Positions 18,201-30,200 of a stretch of 64,000 bases of DNA are shown here, in pieces; the first letter of the stretch is position 1, and each line of letters opens with the position of its first letter. The notes below the pieces were generated by a model that searched no databases, was not told the origin of the DNA, and worked only from the letters and a program-made list of their open reading frames with translations. The DNA is taken from the IMG/VR virus record IMGVR_UViG_3300031519_004559; one strand, 5' to 3'. Position numbers and translations under genes: made by a program. The DNA comes from a virus.

Positions 18201-21200
18201 AGTGCAACATTTTCAATGTCGGTGCTTAGTAGAAAAGCAGTACAGATATACTTAAATGGAACACAATTAACTCACGGTAAAGATTATACATTTAACTCAG
18301 AAGGATTTGCTGATGTAACTGCAACAAAGGCAGTCGGCGATGCAATTGATGTATACGAGTATGATAGTACTAATGCAAGTTTTGCTCCACCTACTCCTAC
18401 AAAGCTAGGATTATATCCAGCATATCATCCTCAAATTTATACAGATAATACTCCGGTAGTTCCTGTAACAGTAATTGAAGGTCACGACGGTAGTAAATTT
18501 GTTGGGTATGACGACTTTAGAGACAATTTATTATTAGAATTAGAATTAAGAATTTATAATAATATTAAGATTTCTTATGATACTAATATTTTTGACATAC
18601 ATAATCTTTTACCAGGCAAAGATAGAGACACTGGATTTACACGACAAGAAATAAATTCTTCAATGACAGCTGATTTCTTACAATGGAATCAATTAGTTGA
18701 CGGAGATTATGTTTCAAATTCTGGCTTTGATAGAAATAACGCATTTACGTTTAATTATTCTAGCACACGGTATAAAAATGGTACACAGAATTTACCAGGT
18801 CATTGGCGCCAGACTTATATGTATGCGTTTGATACTGATCGCCCACACACCCATCCTTGGGAAATGCTAGGCTTTACAATTAAACCAACTTGGTGGGAAA
18901 CAACATACGGACCTGCGCCATACACCCGCAATAATAAAGTGTTGTGGCAAGATTTAGAGCAAGGCATAGTTAGAGAACCTAAAAAGTCAATTGTAGTGCG
19001 CTCTAAGTATATACGTCCTGGTTTACAAACTACTATTCCTACAGATGACGGCGGAAACCTTTTAAGTCCAAACGCATCGGGCATTTTAGATAATTTTAAT
19101 TCTGAATATGTTACAGATAACTGGGTAGTCGGAGACGGTGGCCCAGTTGAGTCGGGTTGGAGACGTAGCAGCGAATATCCGTTTAGTTTAATAACAGCTT
19201 ATATACAAAATCAACCAAATGCAATTTTTGCTGCAGGATTTGATAGGTCTAGACAAAAAAGAAACTTAGCAAATCAAATTGTGTACGGTGATTCAGGCGT
19301 TTCAATTAAACTTAGTAATATTGTATTTCCAAATACGATCGACGATACTTCACAGATTTTTACTAGTGGACTTATAAATTATATTTCAAATTATTTAAGT
19401 AGTAACACTGCTGCTTCGTATACAAAATATAAACAGAATTTGGTTGCAATTAAAAATCAAATAGGTAGTAAAATTGCAGGATACACTGATAAAGAAAAAT
19501 TTAGATTAATACTTGACTCTCGCACACCTACTAATGAAGGCAATGTCTTTATACCCAAAGAAAATTACAATTTAATTCTAAACACTAGTAGCCCTATACA
19601 AACTGTTAGTTATAGTGGTGTAATGATCGAAAAACAAGCCGAAGGGTATGTTATAAGAGGTTATGATAACTTTGTACCTAATTTTAAATATTATAAAAGA
19701 ATAGTACGAACAAATGATCCTATAATAAATGTTGGCGGCATATCAGAATCGTTTGTTAATTTTGATAGTGACAAAACATACTCTGTAGGACAAATAATAA
19801 AAACTGGCGAGTCGTTCCTGAGAGTAACAACAACTCATATTAGTAGTACAAATATAGATGCTAGTAAATTTGCAACTATTCCTGAACTTCCGTTAATTGG
19901 CGGAGCAGTTGCTTCAATGCCACGAGTGTTTGAAGATACATTAAGTACTTTAAATTATGGCGACAAATTATCTACGTTACAAGATGTTGTTGACTTTTTA
20001 TACGGCTACGGAAAATATCTAACAGACCAAGGATTTGCTTTTGAAGAACGCATCGAAGGGTCAAACGAAGTAGCGAACTGGCCAACAAGTGCAAAACAGT
20101 TTATGTTCTGGACTACACAAAATTGGGCAGCAGGAACTTTAATAACTATATCTCCTGGTGCAAAAAAATTAAAACTACAGTCTAGTTATAGTGTTGTTGA
20201 TAACATATATGATACTTTTTACGGATATAGTATTTTAAAAGGTGACGGGAAAAAATTAAACAGCGAGTATATACGTATTGCAAAAGGTGTAGAAAACGAA
20301 TGTACTGTAACTGTTGTTAATTCAGCAGACGGCATTTTTGCTGCAAGATTTCCATTAGTTCAAAAAGAACATGTATTACTTTTAGATAATAAAACAGTGT
20401 TTAATGATGTAATTTATGATCCAGCTCCTGGTTATAGACAAGAACGAATTAAAGTATTAGGTTATCGTACTGATAACTGGAACGGCAGTTTAAATATTCC
20501 TGGCTTTATATATGATAATGCAAATGCTGTTGAGTGGGAAGCCTGGTCAGATTATACTATTGGCGATCTAGTTAAGTACAAAGAGTTTTATTATAGTGCA
20601 GATAAGAAAGTTACAGGCACGCAATTATTTAATGCAGATGATTGGAATAGATTAGATAAAAAGCCAGAAGCTGGCTTACTAACAAACTTTGATTACAAAA
20701 TTAATCAGTTTGCAGACTTTTATGATTTAGATAGTGACAATTTTGATACAGAGCAACAACGATTAGCACAGCATTTAATTGGATATCAGAAACGAACTTA
20801 CTTAGAAAATATTATTAATGACGATGTAAGTCAATATAAATTTTATCAAGGGTTTATTTTAGATAAAGGTTCTAAAAACTCTCTTACTAAATTATTTGAT
20901 GCTCTTGCTAGTGCTGATCAAGAAAGTTTAGAATTCTTTGAAGAGTGGGCAATTAAAGACGGTCAGTATGGAGCAAGTGAAGGCTTTGAAGAAGTTGAAT
21001 ACTTGCTTGACGAAACGCAGTTTAGATTAGATCCACAACCAATTCTATTAACTGATACTGGCACTGGACAGGAAACTGATTTAGTTTATAGAATAAAAGA
21101 CCACGAAACTTATTTAAAAAGCAATAACTACGATCATTCACCATTCCCTACAAAGTATATTCAAAAAGGATATACAAAGGACTCAGGATATGTAAATCCT

Positions 21201-24200
21201 AAAGATGTTGATCTAGTTGTTTCTACATATAATGACATTGCTAATAAAAACTTTGACGATATTAATAGTCAAGATTATGTATGGGTCGGCAATGTTAATC
21301 AATCATGGTCTGTTTATCAACATGTTATTACAGACTACATAATCGAAGCAGTAGAAACATCAGCAGGTGAATTTACAATTACTGTTAATGCAACTCCGCT
21401 AGATATAAGCACTGGTGATGTGTTAGGTTTATTTAATTTACTTATAAAAACATATGCACCGGGTCAGTTTGACAGCGCACTAGACTTAACACAAACAGTA
21501 AGTCCGATTAAAGGTTTTTACAAAGTTAAATCTGTAGCACTAAACAAAATTACATTTGAAACTACTGAAACTATTGTAGCAGTAGAGGAATGTGAAGGTA
21601 AATTAAGTAAATTTATTAGTGTTAGAGTTGGCAATTTATCCGAAGCTAATACACTAGCTGAACAAGAAATAGATGCAGAAGAAAAATTGTGGATAGACAA
21701 TGCAGGAAATGACAAATGGTTAGTTTTACAAAATAAAAACAAGTTCAATGTCCAGCAAGAATTGTCAAATAGCGAAACAGGCACAGACCACAACTATGGA
21801 ACATCGATTGCAGTTGATGACAGAAATGTTAGATTAGCTGTAGGTGCTCCTGACTTAGGTGACAATGGTAAAGTGTTTGTATACAATAGATCAAGCAATG
21901 CTTTAAATTATACATTGTCGCAAGTATTAGATCCAGAAGCAAACATTACTGCTACAGGTCAAAAATACGGGTATGATGTGTCAATGAGTGGCGATGGAGA
22001 ATATATCATTGTTGGCGCCCCGTATGCATCTAATGTAAAAACAAACTTTAAAAATGCATTTAGCACTACTGCTAATTACGCTGCTGGTGACATAGTTAGT
22101 TTAAATAACGGCTTATGGCAAGCAGACGATGCAATTTTAGGTGCAGTATCAAATATTACGTTTAATAGCTTTGATAGTGTAGCACAGATAAATTATGATA
22201 TTAATAATTATACCCAAGATGCAGTAGATATTCCAGTAATATTAACTGGCGACTATCCTTTTAAAAATATAACTACTGATCATTTCTTATTACGTGCTCC
22301 TAAAGCAATGTATGACGGTTCAGGACAGGGTGATCAAATATATTTAAGATGGAACAGCCTTGCTAATGCTAATCAAACACAGATTAACTTAACTACACGG
22401 GCGCCGTTTGATGGTAGTATTCCGTACTTGTCAAAAGAATACTTAGAATCAGAACATACCATTAGTTATAAAATTGATGCAATATTATATATTGACGCAT
22501 CTAACAATATACCAGCTGTTGGTGATATAGTTACTACACAAGGAGCAACAGCAACAGTTGTTTATGTACATAATGAATCAGCTCAGTTAACAATTTATGT
22601 TAATAATATAAACGGTGAATTTCCATTAGAAAACAGTTTGTTTATAAATGGAAACGATTTTATAGGCGAATATCAGCGCATAGGACCAAACGAATCCATA
22701 ACTACAACTGGTTCATGGGGCGGCTATTGGTTCATTCAATCAAGTAATCCTTATGCTGTAGGAAGCACTAATGCAGATGCTGGTAGATCTTTAGTGTTTA
22801 AAGACTTTGTATCAATATCCGATGTAGCTACAGATAGTACGTTAGACGGATATTACTATAACAGTTTAGATTATGCAACTAGTATACAAAATAGCGAAAG
22901 CGTAATTAATAGTTTTATTCAAACGTTAAGTTTTACCGGCACTCCGGGACCATTAGGAAGTTCAACTCCTGTAGTAAGTAGAAAATTTGTTGTACGGGCT
23001 CCTAAACTATTATCAGATGCTTCTTCAGCAGGTGAAAAGTTTACACTCTATTTAAATAATTTACCAGATACTGTAACAACAGTAAAATTTGATTCATTGT
23101 TATCAATCGGCGCTGGAGAAATTATTACACAGGCTGTTACAGGTGCAACGGCAGTAGTGTTAGAAAATACAACTAGCAGTTATACAGCAAAAGTTAATAG
23201 CATTACTGGATCGTTTGATTTAATTAACTTATTATCATTTAGTTCCAGCGGTAATCTTGGTATTAAACTAACAGAATTGCCAGTGCAATCATTTATATCA
23301 GATCCTAGTGCTATAGGATTAAATTTTAGTGCTACTAATAAAGAGCACACTATTGACGATATATGGGACGGATATATTTCATTTGTTAATACAAAGTTTT
23401 TAAATGGCGAACCTTTTGAGCCTATTGTAGGCCAAACAGTTAGAGATAAATCAACTCAGGCTACTGCTGAAGTAGCGTATTATCAAAGAAGTTTAAATAA
23501 TGTAACAATATTTGTTAAAAATGTTTCAGGTAACTGGAGTTTAGGTAATCAATTCGGTAACAACGCTGAAATAGAAATGATGCCATATGCTCCAGGACCA
23601 AACCCAGACGTCTATGGCCGTAGCGGAATTTACACTATTCCAAGAGTAATGGGTCAAATACAGCGTGTTAACTTAGGCACTGATTCAGCAGGTATTGGTA
23701 AGTTGTTTGTTGTAGATACAAACGCAAATATTACTGCACCAGCCGGCGATTTTAGAACTGCTTCACAGCTTGGTGCAAAAATTGTTAACAATTCATTAAC
23801 TGGAGACTTTGCATACTTAGAACCAGATACTAATTTTGAATACTGGATGTATAAGCAAACTGTAATTAATGGCATTCCGCGTTCTGCAAATACTCCGACG
23901 AGTGATAACCTAGATTGGACTGAAGTCTATAAAGTTCCTACAGCGTCAACCGGCAGTATTGGTGATACTCCATTTACAAACGAGGGAATTTACTACATAT
24001 ACCAAAAAAATAATGGCGGCATTTATATCAGCCTAGGTAGTTTTGTTGGACCAGAAAGACAGTCTAATAATTACTTAGGTTCTATAGTAGAAGTTACTAA
24101 AAGTGCAACCGGAATTTACAGAGGATTTGTTAGTGCGCCAGCAGACACAACAGTATCTAATCCTGGAAAGATTTATTTCTTAAAGAATGGAACAGAAAAC

Positions 24201-27200
24201 GGCATTTTGTATAATTGGGAATATGCTAAAAATAAAAATTACAAAGGCGAATTTAATGCTTCGTCTAGTTATTTTACAGGAAATATTGTTTCATTAGATG
24301 ATAAATTGTACAATGCTGTTACAAATATTACAGCAGGTACGTTTAATGCATTACAGTGGAATAGCACAGATGATTTAATTGACTATGTAGGGTATGTTCC
24401 AAATGACACCGGCGTTAGTATTATAAACGACAGTAGTTATGATCTTAGTACAGTATTAGATCAAGGGCTATTGTACGATTTCGCAAATAGCTTTGATGTT
24501 ACGCCTGATGGTGAAGTGTTAATTGTAAATGCTAAGTATGGCAACGGAAAACCTAACTTAGTTGTTGTTTATAGAATCTTAAACGGACAATATCAGCGCT
24601 CACAGCAACTTACTTCGCCTAGCAATACAGAAGCATTCGGCGAAAGTATTGCTATTAGTACTGATGGTAAATTAATTGCAGTATCGGCTCCGTTAGACGA
24701 TACTAATAAAAATAATCAAGGCAAGGTTTATATTTACAAAAAGGTAAATGAGATATTTGTATTCTCTCAAACACTAATGAGTCCTAACAATAAGACTTCT
24801 CAGTTTTTTGGAGACAAGATTGATTTTGACGGCAACAGATTAGTTGTAAATTCTAAAAACGGCAACAACTGGGTTGATACAACTTTTGATGTTTATTCAT
24901 CACCTACTGGCGTTGGATATACATTAGATAAAACTAGTACAAAAAATCTTTCTAGTACAGTGTTTGATAACGATTTTACAACATACAAAAAACAATATGA
25001 ACAACAAGGTTCTATATATGTGTATGAAGTTATAAATGACACACTAATGTATGCACAGCAACTACAATATCAAAATACAACTAGTGCTGTTACTGAATTC
25101 GGTAAAGACTTTAAACTTAAAAACAACCATGTTTATGTTGGATTGCCTAAAGTAAGTGTAAATGCTGTGTACACCGGTAGTGTTATTGACTTTAGAATAC
25201 CTGACAATAAAATGATTTGGGAAACTTTAAGACAGCCAAAAGACGCTGTAGATATTTCAAAAATTAAACGTGCAATTTTATATAATGTAAAAACAAATAA
25301 GTTACTTACATATTTAGATTATATTGACCCAGTACAAGGAAAAGTTGCAGGACCAGCTGAACAAAATCTTACATATAAAACATATTACGATCCTGCATAT
25401 TATACTGTAGGGGATAATAACGTAACTGTTATGCCCTCAGCAAGTTGGGGAGCAGAACAAGTTGGCGAACTGTGGTGGAATCTTACAAATGCAAAATACT
25501 TAAATGCGTATCAGTCAGATGTTATATTCTCAGCAAATAACTGGAGTCAGTTATTTGATAGTAACACAGTTGATGTCTACGAATGGGTAGAGTCTGATGT
25601 ATTGCCTAGTGTGTGGAATAGCCAAACTAACCAAACTGCCGCAGTTGTAGATGGTATAGATGGTACCAGTTTATATGCTGATACAGTTTATTCATCTAGA
25701 CAAACATATGATAAAATAAGTGGCACGTTAGGTATTAAGTATTACTTTTGGGTTAAAAACAAGCGAACAATGCCCGATGTAGATTTTAGAACAATAAGCT
25801 CGTTTGATGTTGCAAAATTAATTGAAGACCCTAAGGGACAAGGATATAAATTTGCGGCACTTATTTCAGAAAATAGTTTCACATTATATAACTGTGAAAG
25901 TTTGTTAGAAAATAAAGATGTTGCATTTAGTTTACAGTATTGGACTATTGATAACCAAGATATAAACATTCATAATCAGTATCAAATTGTAACTGACGGA
26001 CTTTCAACAAGTAAACCTAATAGAGATATTGAACGTAAGTGGTTTGATAGTCTAGTAGGTTATGATGAGCAAAGTAAACAGGTACCTTCACCAAATTTAT
26101 CACCTAAACAAAAATACGGAATTTTAAATAGCCCAAGACAGAGTTGGTTTGTAAATAGCGCCGAAGCTCTTAAACAAGTGATGGAAAGAGTAAATGCCGT
26201 ATTACTAGAAAATTTAATAATTGATAATAAAGATCTTACAAAGATCAAAGCATCAGCCCTGCAACCTAGTGTAGTAAGTAGGGAGTTTGACACAACTGTT
26301 GATACTGTTGCAGATTTAGAGTTTATTGGTGTTGCAAAGGCACAGCAAGCAACTATGCAGTTAACAGTTAACGACGGTGTAATTACAAATGTTGTTGTAT
26401 TAAATGCAGGCCGCGGTTACCTTGTTGCTCCTACGTATAAAATTGTAGGAACAGGAACAGGTGCTGAATTAGAGTTTACAATAAACAATTTAGGTGTTAT
26501 AACAAATGTAAGTGTAGTCAACGGCGGAACAAACTATAGTTCAACTGCCGTAATTACAATTAGAAGATACACAGCACTAGTAAAAACTGACGAAACTATA
26601 TTAGGTAAGTGGGCTTTATATGAAAGAGATAGTACAGCAAGAATTTGGCAACGAACAGCAAGCCAATCATACGATGTAACATTATTTTGGGATTATATTG
26701 ATTGGTATGCAACCGGTTACACTCAATTTACAGAGACAAATTTTGTAATTGAGGGAGCATATCAACTACCAAGTATTAATGATACAATTGGGGACGTTGT
26801 TAAGATAAACAATGTTGGCTCAGGCGGTTGGCTATTACTTAGAAAAATAACTAACCAGGCTAATGTAGATTATACAATTAACTATGAAACTATTGGTAGA
26901 CAGAATGGTACTATTAAATTTAAGAATACACTCTACGACACAACTGCAAGTGCAACTGGATTTGATATTATTAGTTTTGATTCTCAATTCTTTGACAGTG
27001 TACCTAGCACAGAAATTAGAGCTGTTTTAAATTGTATTAAACATGATCTGTTTACTGAAGAATTGGCACTTGAATATAATAAACTGTTTTTTGCAAGTTT
27101 ACGTTATGTATTCTCAGAACAACAAAATGTTGACTGGGCGTTTAAGACAAGTTTTGTAAAAGCAAAACACAATGTAGGACAGCTTCGTGAAGACATTACG

Positions 27201-30200
27201 TTTAACAATGATAGTCTACCTAGTTATGAAAAATATCTAGAAGAAGTAAAGCCATTTAAAACAAAGTTACGTGAATACCTAAGTGCTTACGAAAAACTTG
27301 ACAACAGTCAAAGTAGAGTTACAGACTTTGATTTACAGCCGATATATAATGACACTACAAAACTAATAGAACCGCAAAATGTAAAAGTAGTTGGCGATAC
27401 ATTAATTGGTATAAATGATTCTTTAGAAACATATCCGTTTAAAAATTGGACAGATAATGTTGGATTTAAAGTAACAGAAATACAAATAGCTAATGGCGGA
27501 TCAGGGTATACACAGGCACCTACTATTAAATTAACAGGCGGTGGCGGCACTGGTGCTACAGCTATTGCTAAATTAGGAGTAAACGGAACTGTAACAAGTG
27601 TAGAAGTTACAAATAAAGGAAGTAGTTATATTACTGCTCCTACATTAATGTTAACTGGCAGTGTATCTGAAACAGGTAAAAATGCAAAACTTAGTGTTAT
27701 CCTAGGAGACGGATTAACAAGAGGAATGCTAAACGTAGTAAAATTTGATAGAGTAAGCGGTGATTATTCTATTACTAGTATTAATGAAACAGAAACATTT
27801 ACAGGCACTGGCTCCAAGTACATTTACGAACTAAAATGGCCAATGGATCTTAAAACTACAAACGTTACTGTAACTGTAAATAACATTGAACTTTTAAGAA
27901 GTGAATATAGCTTTATTAATATAAAAGATAGTACCACAACAAGTTATACTAGGTATCATGGAAAAATTACACTTGCAGAACCAACACCTGTTAACACTTC
28001 TATTGTTATTACTTACAAAAAAGCAATTAGCTTATTAACAGCACAGGATAGAATAAACATTGCGTACAATCCTGTAACAGGTCAATTTGCAAAAGACCTT
28101 GGACAGTTAATGGACGGGGTTGACTATGGCGGAGTAGAAGTTAAAAGTTTCGACTTTGGCGGCCCTACAGGCTGGGATACAGCCCCTTGGTTCACTAGCG
28201 AGTATGATACTTACGACCAAACTTTTGAAGATGAAACGTTTACTTTAGATGGTAGTACAATTAGTGTTACATTAGCTACGCCTTTAGAAAGCGGAGTTGT
28301 ATATAACTTATACAAAAATGGTGTAAGATTAGATGACCCAGACTGGGTAAATGACAGTTCGCAGTTTACAAATCCAAATGCCGTAATGAGAAGTATAACA
28401 GGTGATGGAGTACAAACATTAATTGAGTTAGATGAATTAGGTATATCTAATGGAGCAAATGATGTTATAGTTATACGTAAGAGTACTAGCGATGGAAGTT
28501 TCCTTCCTGTTCCAGGAACGTATGACACACTTATTGAAGGCGGCGCCTTAGAATACAATACTGCTAAAGGCATACTTGCAGAAGAAATTAATATTGACGG
28601 TGACGGGTTTGCAACAACTGCTAACAGCGGCGGCCCAGACGAGAATCTGCCAGGCAGAGTATTTGACACAGTTGATATAAAGGTTTATGAAAGGCCTACG
28701 GGCGGATCTAGTAAAATACATTCAAGAAATTACGTAGGCGACGGTACAACTACAGATTATGATATTGGAACAACCCCTATATTAGACGAGCTAGTATTTG
28801 TAAAAGTTAATAATGTTATACAAACAGCATACACTATTGATTATGAAACTAACAAAGTTAAATTTACTACTGCACCAACATTAGCATCTAAAATTAATCT
28901 TGTAACTCTAGACTATAGTGGTACAAACATATTAGACTTAGATGAATTTATATCGGATGGTAGTACAGCTGATTTCTTAACAAACATTACACATACTCCT
29001 AATTTAAGTAGTTTAGTTACTATTGACGGTAAAAAAGTTGAGCATGTTCTTACAAAAAGTAACAACACATATGCTGCAGAAAATAGAATTGTTATCCGAT
29101 TTGCAGAACCTCCTAAGATTGATGCTGTAGTAAAATATGCAATTTTTGAAGGACCTATACAAAACTTTAGTGCAGTGACTATAGACGAGTTTATTGCTGA
29201 TGGTAGCACGATATTGTTTGATCTTACACAAACACCGTTTACACAAAAGCCACATGAATGGTTTACTATTGTACAAGTAAACAACACAATATTAAATGCA
29301 GGATATTCTCAAAAATATGTTATGACAGAGTCAAGAGAATATCAGTTAAAGCTATGGCAAGTACCTACAGGTTCTGTAAGGTCAGGACAGTTAAGAATTT
29401 ACTTAAACGGTCAAAAAATTAACTATATTGACGATTGGTCATTTACAAGTGCAGGTCAGTATAATTCTGCATTAGACGCTGACGATCAACTAGGTAGTGC
29501 GGTATTGTTAAATGCCAGTGTTGGAGCACCTGGTGACATCTTAAGAATATATATTGTAGGACAAGAAGACAGTACTGCCGCAGGCGGAGATTATAGATAT
29601 GGTTACTTTGACAACGACAATAACTTTGTAGAAGATGACGGAAAATTATCTATCTATTCTACTTTGTCAAACGGTGACAAGGTTAAAGTTTACCAGTTTA
29701 GTAACCACGACACTCAAGGTATTGAACGACAGAGTTTAGATGTTGTTGAGCGTACACTACTATCCCCAGGTGTTGCAGCTAACAGACAGGTATTTGAAAT
29801 TGACGGAAGCACAGCAAATTTAAATTTATTACCGCCACTGGCAGCTAGAAAGCAATATGCAGTATATTTAAATAATACAAGAATTGACGATCCAAATTAC
29901 AATACTGCACAGCAAACAAACGACAACGCAGTACTATTAACAATTACTGGAGCAGAGCAAACTATTTTTGATGCGCAAGCAACAGGACTTGTTCTTATTA
30001 CAGGTGATATTTTAGAAATTGTAGAACTTGGTGCTAGTGTTACTCCTGACAGCGGTACAGCTGACTGGTATGAACTAAGACAACTAAGAGCTGGGTATAT
30101 AAATTTACAAAGTCCAGCAGTTGACGATCAGTACGTTTGGGTTGTTAAAAACGGAACCTTATTAGATCCATCAGTTGACTATGTTGTTACTCCTAATAAA

